64,000 bases of DNA from Microcoleus sp. (GCA_042408215.1 JAYFMW010000008.1:128001-192000), one strand, 5' to 3'. Shown: positions 9,241 to 19,331, counted from the stretch's first letter. Made by a program: numbers and translations. The notes: generated by a model not told the origin, from the letters alone.

Positions 9241-9798
9241 CTAACTCCCAGGAAATAAAAACTCAGTAGCAACATTCCACCGACTACCATCATGAATCAA
9301 TAAAATCAACTCCGAAGCAGTAAACTCAAAAAAGATCGATCGCCCTTTGAACTCCAACCAAGCAGCATCAAAATTTTGCTTGCTCAAATCGCGAAACCCC
9401 ACAGTCATGTGCGGCACAAAAGGCCTAGTCTGAGAAACTCGATCGCCAATTCCCAAATTTTCCCCTACATAACTCATCAAATCTTTTTGAACATCCAGCA
9501 ATGCCGGCGACTTGACAACATCAACATAAATAACGCGGGGCGCAAAAGCCGCAAAACCGGACAGAGTAACGGGAATGGGGAACCGGTTAGCAGCAAACAC
9601 CTTCAAACATTCCTCTAACTTGGGAACATCTTCTGCTAACCACTCAAAAGGAGATTGCAGCGTGACATGGGGCGGCGACTTCAATGCACCGCGACTGTTG
9701 TAGTGTTCCGCAACATACAGTTTAATCTCAGTAATGTGCTGTTGAATATCAAGAGGCGGCATCAGAGCAATAAAAAATCGCTGTTTTGATGGATTCAT
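9241..9798 (-). CDS. 2'-5' RNA ligase / 2H phosphoesterase family protein
   Basis: Two HxT motifs (PPHVTL, PHMTV); probable start MNPSKQRFFIAL at 9798. Confidence 0.85.
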   Translation of the reverse strand: MNPSKQRFFIALMPPLDIQQHITEIKLYVAEHYNSRGALKSPPHVTLQSPFEWLAEDVPKLEECLKVFAANRFPIPVTLSGFAAFAPRVIYVDVVKSPALLDVQKDLMSYVGENLGIGDRVSQTRPFVPHMTVGFRDLSKQNFDAAWLEFKGRSIFFEFTASELILLIHDGSRWNVATEFLFPGS

Positions 9799-9922
9799 AA
9801 GATAGTATCGCTTTAAAGAAAGGATGCTGGAACATGGAACATAGAGCATTTGCCTTATGGCCCACTTGCCCGCTGACTCATTCCCAATCTAAGATCGAAA
9901 ATAAAAAATCCCCAATAAAAAA

Positions 9923-10189
9923 ATGCCTTGGTTTGTCAAAATAGAGCAAGGAATTGTCGAAAAGCCCGTCTTTGACCAGTACGTGCCCGCTCACAGAGCT
10001 TATGTCCGAGACCTGATTTCAAAAGGACACCGAGCCAAAACGGGCTACTGGGCAAGGAGAGGTGGCGGTATGTTGATGTTTGAGGCGGGTTCGATGGATG
10101 AAGCAAGGGCGATCGTCGCTGAAGACCCGCTGGTGAAGCACGGTTGCGTTATCTATGAAATTTATCACTGGTGTGTGGTTGAAGAATAG
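9923..10189 (+). CDS. YciI family protein
   Basis: AHRAYV...GGGMLMFEAGSMDEARAIVAEDPLV. Confidence 0.85.
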   Translation: MPWFVKIEQGIVEKPVFDQYVPAHRAYVRDLISKGHRAKTGYWARRGGGMLMFEAGSMDEARAIVAEDPLVKHGCVIYEIYHWCVVEE

Positions 10190-10196
10190 AATAACT

Positions 10197-10206
10197 GTGT
10201 TATACT
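10197..10206 (+). promoter_or_regulatory. Extended -10 element (TGnTATACT) for ffs
   Basis: tgtTATACT ending 6 nt before the RNA 5' stem. Confidence 0.55.
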
Positions 10207-10212
10207 CATAAA

Positions 10213-10308
10213 TGAACTGGACCCACGCGATTACAACGCCCAAATCTTGTCAGGACCGGAAGGTAGCAGCAACACGGGATGCTTGTGATAGGCGTGGTAT
10301 CCGGTTCA
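10213..10308 (+). ncRNA. ffs: Signal recognition particle 4.5S RNA
   Basis: Domain IV motif TCAGGACCGGAAGGTAGCAGC inside a long hairpin closed by tgaactgga / tccggttca. Confidence 0.93.
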
Positions 10309-10333
10309 CCCAGTTTTTTGAGGTGTAGCTTCT

Positions 10334-10717
10334 ATGGCTGGTTTTGGAGATATTTTACAGAAAGCAGTTTACCTGGGCGTTGGGCTAGCTTCCTACGCTG
10401 GCGAAAAAGCAGGTAGCAAGCTAAATGAGTTGCGAGCTGAAGCCCAAAAGCTGGCGGATGAATTGGTGAAGCGGGGCGAGATGTCAACGGAAGAAGCTCG
10501 TCGCTTTGTTGATGATATGGTGCAACAGGCTCAGCAGCAACAGTCGCCAGTAGCACCGGCTGCGGAGCAAAAACCTACGGAACCGCGCCGGATTGAAATT
10601 GTTTCTGAGGAAGAAGATGCTTCAGGAAAAGATGCTAAAGATGCTGGGGGCGTAGACAAGCTCCGCGAGCAGGTGCAGAATTTACAAGATGAATTGCGAC
10701 GGCTGAAGCGAGATTAA
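10334..10717 (+). CDS. Phasin / granule-associated family protein
   Basis: KAVYLGVGLASYAGEK...ADELVKRGEMSTEEARRFVDDM. Confidence 0.75.
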   Translation: MAGFGDILQKAVYLGVGLASYAGEKAGSKLNELRAEAQKLADELVKRGEMSTEEARRFVDDMVQQAQQQQSPVAPAAEQKPTEPRRIEIVSEEEDASGKDAKDAGGVDKLREQVQNLQDELRRLKRD

Positions 10718-10745
10718 TCTGCAAAAAGTGCGATCGCCAACCATA

Positions 10746-10782
10746 AAGGGAACTCGGAGTCAAGCTCTTGAGTTCCCTTTTT
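10746..10782 (+). terminator. Intrinsic terminator
   Basis: aaagggaactc...gagttcccttttt hairpin with T tract. Confidence 0.7.
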
Positions 10783-10960
10783 GAATATCTCCCCCACAAT
10801 CTCAAATCAGATGTGGACGGATCTGAGGCAATAGGTAATAGAATTGAGATTGGGGTACTTGCACTTTGCTTGAGGCTGGCTATACATCCCTGTTAGATCC
10901 TGTCGGCTTAATTACCCGCAATCAACATTAAAGTCTTTTCAACAGTAAGTTTACAAATCA

Positions 10961-11416
10961 ATGGAAGATTGGTCAAAAGATTTCTTTGAAGTAATGGAAA
11001 ATGCTGTTTCTGAAGTAGAGCATTTTTTCAGCGATGTGAACGATGAGTTTGCAGAAATGCTGGATGTTCTGGCCAAGCTTTCCGAAGAGTTTACAGAACA
11101 AGTACAAAATAATCTGATTAACGAGATTGACGGTTGTTTCAATGAGTTTGACGGCTATTTCAATGAATTAATAGAACCGATAATTGAGCTTTACCGCGAA
11201 TTAGATCCTGATTTTGACGAGATAGATTCGTCTTTTGTGACTCATGTAAACCCTTCGCCGATGCAGCATCCGGTTTGTCGCGGTTGTCGCAACTATCACG
11301 GTCAAGTTTATGGCGGAAATTTGTTGGTTTGTGCGATGCACCCCAGCGGTGTGGAATCTGAAAGTTGTCCTGATTGGGAATCTGATAGCGATGCAGATTT
11401 TTCAGGCGGAAGTTGA
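10961..11416 (+). CDS. Conserved cyanobacterial hypothetical protein with C-terminal Cys/His motif
   Basis: Acidic helical N-terminus; CRGCRNYHG...LVCAMHP...CPDW. Confidence 0.7.
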   Translation: MEDWSKDFFEVMENAVSEVEHFFSDVNDEFAEMLDVLAKLSEEFTEQVQNNLINEIDGCFNEFDGYFNELIEPIIELYRELDPDFDEIDSSFVTHVNPSPMQHPVCRGCRNYHGQVYGGNLLVCAMHPSGVESESCPDWESDSDADFSGGS

Positions 11417-11438
11417 GTTGTTGAGGGGTTAATGGCTT

Positions 11439-12008
11439 ATGATAACGTCAATTCAGTCTCCGTCAAAGATTTCTCTGGAAGACTTTTTGCTGCTTCCAGA
11501 AACTAAGCCGGCTAGCGAGTATGTTGATGGTGAAATTTATCAAAAAGATATGGCACAAGGAAAACATAGTACATTACAATTCGAGTTTCCATCTGTGATT
11601 AACCGAGTTGGTAAACCGCAGAAATTAGCTTATGCGTTTCCTGAATTGCGCTGCACTTTTGATGGACGTTCTATTGTTCCAGATATCGCAGTATTCGAGT
11701 GGCCGCGCATTCCTCTGAATGCTAAGGGAGAAATTGAAAATAGGTTGGAAATTCCGCCGGATTGGATAATTGAGATTTTATCGCCGGATCAAAGTTCAAC
11801 TCGCGTGATTAATCAGATTCTGTTTTGCCTCAAAAATAACACTAAATTAGGTTGGCTGGTTGACCCGGAAGAAAAATTAGTCATTGTATTTCAACCGCAG
11901 CAGCAACTTGAAATTAAAGAAAATGAAGATGTTTTACCTGTACTCGATGTGCTGTCTGGTTTGCAACTGTCGGCGGCAAATTTGTTTGAGCTGTTAAGTT
12001 TTAATTAG
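11439..12008 (+). CDS. Uma2 family endonuclease-like protein
   Basis: PETKPASEYVDG...SIVPDIAV...PPDWIIEILSPDQS. Confidence 0.88.
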   Translation: MITSIQSPSKISLEDFLLLPETKPASEYVDGEIYQKDMAQGKHSTLQFEFPSVINRVGKPQKLAYAFPELRCTFDGRSIVPDIAVFEWPRIPLNAKGEIENRLEIPPDWIIEILSPDQSSTRVINQILFCLKNNTKLGWLVDPEEKLVIVFQPQQQLEIKENEDVLPVLDVLSGLQLSAANLFELLSFN

Positions 12009-12059
12009 AAATGAGTTACAGTTGAATTTAGGGAATGTTGCATCTAACTGTATTTAAAA

Positions 12060-13496
12060 GTGAATATATCGATCGCACATAATGCCCAATTTGGGTTTCC
12101 GAGAATGCCAGCAACACTGCAATTGCGGCATTATCAGCGAGTTGCGGTTGCTAATTGGTTTGCCAATAATGGACGCGGTACGCTGAAGATGGCGACGGGT
12201 AGCGGTAAGACGATTACTGCACTGGCGATCGCCACTGAATTATACCAAAAAATTAGCCTGGAAGTTCTCCTCGTAATTTGCCCCTATTGCCACCTGGTGA
12301 ATCAGTGGGCGCGTGAATCGGAGAAATTTGGTTTAAAACCTATTTTGGCTTTTGAAGACGCTTGCAGTTGGCAAAATAAACTAGCTGCGAGTTTGTATGA
12401 AGTGCGATCCTCTTCGAGGGCTTCGCTAACGGGCGATTCCCTACGGGATAGCTGCGCTTCACGGGCATTTCTCACAATCATCACCACTAACGCCACATTA
12501 ATGTCAGATAGCTTGCAATCGCAACTGCGCTATTTCCCAGAAAAAACCCTAATTATTGGAGACGAAGTTCACAACTTAGGCGCGCCCCGTTTAGGACAAA
12601 GTTTACCCCGCAATATTGGGCTGCGCCTCGCCCTTTCCGCCACCCCAGAAAGGCATTATGACGAACAGGGAACCGAAGCTATTTTAGATTATTTCGGCCC
12701 AGTTTTGCAGCCGGAACTCACCTTAGCCGATGCCATCCGCCAGAAAGCATTAGTACATTATTTATACTACCCCATTTTAGTAGAATTAACCGAAACCGAA
12801 ACTCGCAAATATTCCTACTTAACTAAAAAAATTGGCTGGGCGCTTTGGGGCGATGAAAACCTAGAAAATAATGATGCTTTAACGCCTTTATTAATGCAGC
12901 GGGCTAGGTTAATTGGGGCGGCGGCCAATAAATTAACAGCTTTGCGGGAATTAATGATTAACCGTCTCGATACAGCACACACTTTATTTTACTGCGGCGA
13001 CGGTTCCATCGAAGGAGCAACGCGCAAAAATAACAACCGCCAACTAACAGAAACCACGAAGTTACTCGGTTCAGAATTGGGCTACCGAGTTAACACTTAT
13101 ACTGCGGCAACACCTTTAGCAGAAAGAGAACGATTGCGCCAACAATTTGAGAGTGGAGAATTGCAAGGTTTGGTAGCGATTCGGTGTTTGGATGAGGGCG
13201 TTGACATTCCAGCAATTCGCAATGCCGTAATTTTAGCAAGCAGCAGCAATCCGCGTCAATTTATTCAGCGTCGCGGGCGGATTTTGCGGCCACATCCAGG
13301 GAAAGAAAGAGCCACTTTATTTGACATGATAGTTTTGCCGCCAGATTTGGGAAGGGAGACAATAGAAGTCGAGCGCAATTTACTGCGAAAGGAGTTGAAG
13401 CGGTTCTTAGAATTTGCCGATTTGGCTGACAACGCTGGGGAAGCTAGAGTAAAATTACTGCAACTTCAGAGACGGTACGGGCTATTAGACATTTGA
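12060..13496 (+). CDS. DNA phosphorothioation system restriction enzyme, SF2 helicase (PbeA-like, no PLD domain seen)
   Basis: MATGSGKT, DEVH, LSATPER, CLDEGVDIP, QFIQRRGRILR; lies in the dnd locus. Confidence 0.82.
   Translation: MNISIAHNAQFGFPRMPATLQLRHYQRVAVANWFANNGRGTLKMATGSGKTITALAIATELYQKISLEVLLVICPYCHLVNQWARESEKFGLKPILAFEDACSWQNKLAASLYEVRSSSRASLTGDSLRDSCASRAFLTIITTNATLMSDSLQSQLRYFPEKTLIIGDEVHNLGAPRLGQSLPRNIGLRLALSATPERHYDEQGTEAILDYFGPVLQPELTLADAIRQKALVHYLYYPILVELTETETRKYSYLTKKIGWALWGDENLENNDALTPLLMQRARLIGAAANKLTALRELMINRLDTAHTLFYCGDGSIEGATRKNNNRQLTETTKLLGSELGYRVNTYTAATPLAERERLRQQFESGELQGLVAIRCLDEGVDIPAIRNAVILASSSNPRQFIQRRGRILRPHPGKERATLFDMIVLPPDLGRETIEVERNLLRKELKRFLEFADLADNAGEARVKLLQLQRRYGLLDI
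12409..12461. mobile_element. Two very small dispersed repeat insertions (21 nt and 24 nt) in HIP1-like sites, both in frame
   Basis: GCGAT[21 nt]CGG GCGAT[24 nt]CGG; the 24-mer is related to reverse-strand elements at ~6360-6384 and ~8471-8495. Confidence 0.7.
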
Positions 13497-13577
13497 CATT
13501 TATTCGGCTTTGGTTTATGTTTAAGAATATAGAATTATTCGATCGCTCTTGAGAATTCCTAGGTTTGGATTTGCGCG

Positions 13578-13641
13578 GAAACCGGGTTTTTTTCCGAAAC
13601 TACCGCATCTCAGCCTTAAATCCTGTAAAAACCCGGTTTCT
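13578..13641. repeat. REP-like inverted repeat GAAACCGGGTTTTT...AAAAACCCGGTTTC
   Basis: Same family at 54046-54111 and 55163-55228. Confidence 0.75.
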
Positions 13642-13700
13642 TTGGTGTAATGCGCCAGTCCCGTAAGTAAGTCTTAATACTAAAAAATGCGAGGTAAAGT

Positions 13701-13988
13701 TTGATGGAAAATCTGCTGGAAAATCTGCTGGAAAATCCGATAAATACATATAAATATGGCAACATCACAACTCCGAAAAAATCAACAGAAATTTTAGCAG
13801 AAAAGCGTTCCTCCTATCAGACTGACAAGGATTTGAGCGATGTGCAAGAACCAATTACTAGCGCGCCGCCGGAAGTACGGCAAATTATTGAGCGGGTATT
13901 AGAAATTGAGAAAGATAAACTCTACATGAAATCTCCCCGCTATATCAGCGATGACATTTTGAAAATTATTAAGGAAGCGATTATATGA
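13701..13988 (+). CDS. Small protein coupled to the SMC-like ATPase (PbeB-like position)
   Basis: ITSAPPEVRQIIERVLEIEK; stop lies at the start of the ATPase gene. Confidence 0.6.
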   Translation: MMENLLENLLENPINTYKYGNITTPKKSTEILAEKRSSYQTDKDLSDVQEPITSAPPEVRQIIERVLEIEKDKLYMKSPRYISDDILKIIKEAII

Positions 13989-16051
13989 AGTTAATTTCAA
14001 TTATTCTGTGCAACTTTCGGCAATTTTACGGCAAAAGTCCCGAAATTAAGCTGGCGTGCGGCGAGCAAAATACTACAGTGATTCACGGAAATAACGGTGC
14101 TGGAAAAACTGCTTTGATGAATGCCTTTACGTGGGTACTTTACGGACAATTTAGCGCTGCTTTTGCTGCGACAGAGCAATTAGTAAACAAGCGCGCTCTG
14201 GCTGAGGCAGAAATGGGAAAAGCAGTAGCTTGTTGGGCTGAAATTGTGTTTGAACACGACAGCACTCGCTACAAAGCATATCGTGCTTGTCGCGCTTACA
14301 AAAATGAAAATACTGTAGAATATGGCGACAGCGAATTGTCACTGACTGTAGCCAAAGATGACGGCCGCTGGATGCCGACGGCGCAGCATCCTGATGATAT
14401 TATCGGACGGATTTTGCCGGAAAGTTTGCATAAATATTTCTTTTTTGATGGGGAACGAATCGAGCAAATTGTCCGCTATGACAAGAAGGCAGAAATTGCG
14501 GAAGCTACTAAGGAATTGCTGGGCGTAGAAGTATTGAACCGCTCGATCCGGCATTTATTAGATGCAAAAAAGTCTTTAGAAACCGATTTAAAAATAGTCG
14601 GAAATGCGGAAAGTAAGAAATTATTGACGGAACAAAATAAATGCGAACTAGAAATTGAAAAACTTTCCCTGCGGCAAGTCGAAATCGAGGGGGAGTTGGC
14701 AAGTCAAGGCGAGTTAAAAAGAGCAATTAGTGGTAGTTTGCTGGAACTTAGCGGTGCTGGGGATTTACAAAAGTTGCGAGACGAATTGGACAAGCAGAAA
14801 AGTTTATTTAAGCAACAAATTGTACAGGCTACAGATGCTCTGAAACGAGCAATTTCTATGCGGGGTTATGGGGTGTTTCTGTTGGATGCGGTGGCGGAAT
14901 TTCAAGTAATTTTTGAAGATTTGCGGGGAAAAGGCGAGTTGCTTTCGGGGATTAAAAGGCCGTTTCTCTCAGAGTTATTAGCGAGGGAAATGTGTATTTG
15001 CGGTGCGGAATTAGTGGAGGGTTCTGAAGCTCACGAAAATGTTAGCGGTTGGATGGATAAAGCGGGAGTTGGTGATGTGGAGGAAACGACTATTCGGATT
15101 AGCGATCGCGTGAATGAAATAGACAGGCAAATCGCTGATTTTTGGGAGGAAATTGACAGTCAGCAAGCTAATATTAAAAGCGGCAGAATCGAACTTTCTA
15201 GGGTGGAAAACCAGTTAGATGATATTCACAACAAGCTGCGAAATTTTCCAGACGGCGATGTCAGCGGCTTGCAAAAGCGCTTGGATGAAATTGAGGTAAC
15301 AATTGGCGATTTGCAACGGGAAACTGGTTCTAACCAGCAGCAAATTGAGAGTTTGAGCGCGCAGGTTGCGGGTTTAAATAAGCAAATTGACAAGCAGCAC
15401 ATGAATGAGGAAAGGCAAATATTGGTTCAGCGACGGATTGCTGCGACTCAGGATGCGATCGATCGCCTAATTGAAGTGCGATCGCGCTTGGAGAAACAGT
15501 TTTGTTCTCAGCTAGAAAGGCGAGTGCAGGATATTTTTAGTCAAATTTCTTTTACTCCTTATATTCCCAAGTTGAGCGATAAATACGAACTGACATTAGT
15601 AGAAAATACCTCGGGAAAAGAATCTTTGGTTGCTGCTTCTACGGGGGAAAATCAAATTCTCAGTTTGTCGTTTATTGGGGGAATTATTGAGGGCGTGCGG
15701 GAGTGGAGTCAAAAGAATACTTTGATGGGCCCCGATAGCAGTACGTTTCCCATAGTTATGGATTCTCCTTTTGGCAGTTTGGATGAAGTTTATCGCAAGC
15801 AAATTGCGAAAAAATTGCCGAAATTGGCGAATCAATTGGTGATTTTGGTAACAAAAACTCAGTGGCGGGGAGAAGTCGCGCAAGAGATGGAAAATTGCAC
15901 TGGGAGAGAATATGTACTTGTCTACAATTCTCCTAAACCAGATTGCGAAGAAGATGCGATCGAATTGGGCGGGATGCGCTATCCTTTAGTTAAGCACAGT
16001 CCGAATGAGTTTGAATATACAGAAATTGTAGAGGTGGATTATGGCTTCTAG
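13985..16051 (+). CDS. SMC/Rad50-like AAA ATPase, DndD paralogue (PbeC-like)
   Basis: GNNGAGKT, FFFDGE, CICG zinc hook, signature STGE, MDSPFGSLD. Confidence 0.82.
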   Translation: MKLISIILCNFRQFYGKSPEIKLACGEQNTTVIHGNNGAGKTALMNAFTWVLYGQFSAAFAATEQLVNKRALAEAEMGKAVACWAEIVFEHDSTRYKAYRACRAYKNENTVEYGDSELSLTVAKDDGRWMPTAQHPDDIIGRILPESLHKYFFFDGERIEQIVRYDKKAEIAEATKELLGVEVLNRSIRHLLDAKKSLETDLKIVGNAESKKLLTEQNKCELEIEKLSLRQVEIEGELASQGELKRAISGSLLELSGAGDLQKLRDELDKQKSLFKQQIVQATDALKRAISMRGYGVFLLDAVAEFQVIFEDLRGKGELLSGIKRPFLSELLAREMCICGAELVEGSEAHENVSGWMDKAGVGDVEETTIRISDRVNEIDRQIADFWEEIDSQQANIKSGRIELSRVENQLDDIHNKLRNFPDGDVSGLQKRLDEIEVTIGDLQRETGSNQQQIESLSAQVAGLNKQIDKQHMNEERQILVQRRIAATQDAIDRLIEVRSRLEKQFCSQLERRVQDIFSQISFTPYIPKLSDKYELTLVENTSGKESLVAASTGENQILSLSFIGGIIEGVREWSQKNTLMGPDSSTFPIVMDSPFGSLDEVYRKQIAKKLPKLANQLVILVTKTQWRGEVAQEMENCTGREYVLVYNSPKPDCEEDAIELGGMRYPLVKHSPNEFEYTEIVEVDYGF

Positions 16052-16697
16052 TTCGGTAATTACGCAGGTTTTGGAAACGGATATTTGGGTGAAAGCAACG
16101 TGGGAAGAATTTCTGGCATTTGCTGAGGATTCAACTTGGGAAAAGGGCAAGTTTTATTATTATGAACAACACATGAGGGTAGAAATGTCACCAGTAGGGC
16201 CATTACACGGACGTCAAAATTCGATTATTCCCTATGTAATCATTCTTTTTGCGACTTTCAGAAATATCCGAGTAGTTCAGTTTACTAATACCAGTTTTCG
16301 CAAAGCTGGTATTGGTGAGTTTCAGCCGGATTTAGCTTACTACATTGGTGCTGATTTGAGAGTTCCTCCTGATGATAGCAATTCTGTTGTTGATTTAAAT
16401 ATATACGATCCACCTAGTTTGGTAGTAGAAATTGGTGCATCTTCTTTTAATGATGATTTAGGTGGAAAACGGTTACTTTATGAAAGTGCAGGAATTCGCG
16501 AATATTGGGTAGATCGTGCGAATACGCGGGAGATTTTTGCCTTTGCGATTAATGGCAAAAGTAGCGGCAGAATTGAAAATTCTCTGGTTTTACCTGGGCT
16601 GGAAATAGCGTTAATTGAGGAGGCTTTGAATCGGAGTCTGACGGAAGATGATGGGGAAATTAATCGCTGGTTGATTCAAACTTTTAGTCAAGGTTAA
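16041..16697 (+). CDS. Uma2 family endonuclease-like protein
   Basis: EMSPVGPLH...QPDLAYYIG...PPSLVVEI...KRLLYESAGIREYWV. Confidence 0.85.
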   Translation: MASSSVITQVLETDIWVKATWEEFLAFAEDSTWEKGKFYYYEQHMRVEMSPVGPLHGRQNSIIPYVIILFATFRNIRVVQFTNTSFRKAGIGEFQPDLAYYIGADLRVPPDDSNSVVDLNIYDPPSLVVEIGASSFNDDLGGKRLLYESAGIREYWVDRANTREIFAFAINGKSSGRIENSLVLPGLEIALIEEALNRSLTEDDGEINRWLIQTFSQG

Positions 16698-16701
16698 AGG
16701 A

Positions 16702-17046
16702 GTGTTTGAGGTGGGGAAAGAGTATCATAAGTTGGTGCGCGATCGCATTCCTGAAATTATTCGTAAAAGTGGGAATGAATGCGAGGTGGTAATTTTGTCA
16801 GATGCAGAATACTGTCAAGCTTTGCGATTGAAATTGATGGAAGAAGCTGGGGAAGCTGCGGAGGCTAAGGGGGAAGATTTGGTGGCTGAATTGGCTGATT
16901 TGTATGAGGTGATAGATGCGCTGATGGCTAGTTATGGCATTTCGGGCGATCGCATTTTGAAAGCACAAGTCAAGCGCCGGGAAGAAAGAGGGGGTTTTGC
17001 ACAAAAAATTATGCTGTTGCGGACGGGAAGTAAAGGTGAAAGCTAG
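16702..17046 (+). CDS. MazG-like nucleoside triphosphate pyrophosphohydrolase
   Basis: KLVRDRIPEII...KLMEEAGE...ELADLYEV...KREERGGF. Confidence 0.85.
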   Translation: MFEVGKEYHKLVRDRIPEIIRKSGNECEVVILSDAEYCQALRLKLMEEAGEAAEAKGEDLVAELADLYEVIDALMASYGISGDRILKAQVKRREERGGFAQKIMLLRTGSKGES

Positions 17047-17097
17047 ATCCCCGATATTAACCAGTGTATAATAGTTATCAACTACATATTAATTGCA

Positions 17098-17568
17098 ATG
17101 GGTGCTAACAAAATTAGAATTGCTAAAGATAAAGCCGATTTAGTTAAATCATTAACTTTATCGGATAACAACACCGGCCCTTTCCAGACTTACGCCGATG
17201 TCATCGCCTTCGCCGCATCTTTGGGAAATAAGCGGAAAAAACGCTTACCTTTGGGGGAAGTTTCTAAACGAGAACCAGGGGCGATCGATGTTGACATTTT
17301 TGTGTCGAGGGGTTACGATATGGCGATTAAATTAATTGCGATCGCCGAAACTAAAAATCCTCACATTCTCTCCCATCTTGATGAAAAATTAGAATCTCAA
17401 CGCCTCCTGATTTTTGAAGAATATGCTAATGGCGGACTGGAAATTTTGCGAGAAGAATTGCGCGGAACAGCAGATTATACCGATCGACTTTTGTTATTTT
17501 TAATTACAGAAAGAGACAATCAACATCGGTCAAATGAAGAATTCGATTTAAGCAAGTTCTTATTCTGA
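17098..17568 (+). CDS. DNA phosphorothioation-associated protein 4 (PbeD-like)
   Basis: IRIAKDKADLVK...FQTYADVIAFAASLG...IFEEYANGGLEIL. Confidence 0.8.
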   Translation: MGANKIRIAKDKADLVKSLTLSDNNTGPFQTYADVIAFAASLGNKRKKRLPLGEVSKREPGAIDVDIFVSRGYDMAIKLIAIAETKNPHILSHLDEKLESQRLLIFEEYANGGLEILREELRGTADYTDRLLLFLITERDNQHRSNEEFDLSKFLF

Positions 17569-17581
17569 GTTAACTGGAATT

Positions 17582-18607
17582 ATGATTCACCGATACTTAA
17601 AACAAACTGTAATTGTTTTCGCTTACAGCTACTCAGCCTTCATTATCTGCTATTTAATTCTCCGACTGATATTTTGGGATCGGTTCTGGATTGTTGGCTT
17701 GATCGGCACTTTCACACCCTTAATTTTCTTGCCAATTTTACTGTTACCCATCCTAGCAATTTCAATTATTAAAAACCGCTGGTTCTCTATTATTTCATCA
17801 ATTGCTTGTATTTTGCTATTGAGTTGGCTGCACATCAAATACTTTTCTACCGAACCAACAAGCATCACAGGTTCGCAACCTAGCCTCAAAATTTTATCGC
17901 ATAACGTCGGTTGGTATACAACCCAGTCGCCAACTTTAGTTAAACTGATAAACCAACAACAACCAGACATTATATTTTTACAAGAAATCGTTCAGAAACA
18001 TACGAAAAGAGTTTTCACTTGCTTAAAAGCAGACTACCCCTATCAAATTGGTACTCCACCTGTAGGAATTCTGAGTAAATATCCAATTTTATCCAGCGAG
18101 ATATTGCACTTAGCCAATCATCGAGAAACGCAGCAGCGAGCAATTATTAAATTTAACCAGCAAGCAATAGTCATTTATAATATGCAAGCCACCGGGCCGT
18201 GGTTTAAAAAATATAAAATATTGCCTTTTATCAAAATTCCAGTTTACAAATATGCCAAACGCGCTCCCGAAATTAAAGATTTAGTAGAGCGAGTGCAGCA
18301 AGAAACTTGGCCAGTAATTGTCGCGGGCGATTTTAATATGACAGACGAAACTCAAGACTACTACAATGTGCAAAAAGTCATGCAAGATTCTTTCCGAAAA
18401 TCGGGATTTGGGTTTGGTTTTACCTGGCCTCACGGTTGGGAACTTAAGTTATTGTTGAAAAGATTAAACTGGAGATTGAACTATCCCGTTTGCCGAATTG
18501 ATTATATTTGGTATTCAAAGCATTGGGGTGCTAAATCGAGTTCGGTTTTACAAGCAACGGAGTCCGATCATTTGCCTGTAGCAGCAGAACTGATTTTGTT
18601 AAAATGA
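17582..18607 (+). CDS. Membrane-anchored endonuclease/exonuclease/phosphatase family protein
   Basis: N-terminal TM helices; PDIIFLQE, AGDFN, RIDYIW, SDHLPV. Confidence 0.85.
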   Translation: MIHRYLKQTVIVFAYSYSAFIICYLILRLIFWDRFWIVGLIGTFTPLIFLPILLLPILAISIIKNRWFSIISSIACILLLSWLHIKYFSTEPTSITGSQPSLKILSHNVGWYTTQSPTLVKLINQQQPDIIFLQEIVQKHTKRVFTCLKADYPYQIGTPPVGILSKYPILSSEILHLANHRETQQRAIIKFNQQAIVIYNMQATGPWFKKYKILPFIKIPVYKYAKRAPEIKDLVERVQQETWPVIVAGDFNMTDETQDYYNVQKVMQDSFRKSGFGFGFTWPHGWELKLLLKRLNWRLNYPVCRIDYIWYSKHWGAKSSSVLQATESDHLPVAAELILLK

Positions 18608-18755
18608 AGCGGTATAATGTATCTAAATTGAGAGGTGAACTTTGGTGCGATCGCGATCTGTAGTAGTGTTCGATCGACAAAAATTGCTAAAGGCGATCGT
18701 ATAAATATGCAGTTTGCCTTGAGTTATATGTTAAGATAAGTATTAGGTGGAGTGA

Positions 18756-18953
18756 TTGACCCGAATCCCTACGGCTGCCCAGCTAGAGAGTTTATATCGC
18801 ATCTGTTATCAACTGACGTACACGATGCTTCAGCCTATACATCTTATTTGTGTTGACGATCGAACTCGTAACGTATACATATTGGCTGGGTATGATGAAG
18901 AGCTTGAGTTCCAAATTTTACCCAATGGGGAGTTTGCTGATGAGCCAAGTTAA
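18756..18953 (+). CDS. Small cyanobacterial protein (DUF6888-like)
   Basis: PTAAQLESLYRICYQLT...IHLICVDDRTRNVYILAG; overlaps its partner gene. Confidence 0.6.
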   Translation: MTRIPTAAQLESLYRICYQLTYTMLQPIHLICVDDRTRNVYILAGYDEELEFQILPNGEFADEPS

Positions 18954-19155
18954 CTATAACGCAATGTCGAATACTGAATTGAAACAGTATTTTCTTAAAC
19001 ATCGTGGAAATCGAGCCGCTTTTCAGGCGTACTTAGACAGAATCAATCAGCATCCGCTGAGGATTATTGCAAGTCCCGGCGATCCAGATTTTGATCGGAA
19101 AGTTCAAGCCGCAATTCGCCGCAAGTTAGAAGCGGCAAGAAATAGCAGCAGTTGA
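18940..19155 (+). CDS. Small cyanobacterial protein (DUF6887-like)
   Basis: MSQVNYNAMSNTELKQYFLKHR...AFQAYLDR. Confidence 0.6.
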   Translation: MSQVNYNAMSNTELKQYFLKHRGNRAAFQAYLDRINQHPLRIIASPGDPDFDRKVQAAIRRKLEAARNSSS

Positions 19156-19331
19156 GTGAAGTATAGATATAGGGTAGGGACACGGCACTGCCGTGTCCTG
19201 TATTTCATCTGCTATATTCAATTATACAAAACCAATTTTTTCTTGCTTTATCAGTCTTCCTCGCTGGGGACTGTAGCCTTAAATCCCCGCAGATTTTAAT
19301 TCCTGAGTGATGCCACCACCAGCATGAAAAC

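Noticed and set aside
13985..16051. Calling this gene the modification dndD
   Set aside because: The canonical dndD, with LSAGEKQ and IDTPLGRLD, lies at 25957-27954 between dndC and dndE.
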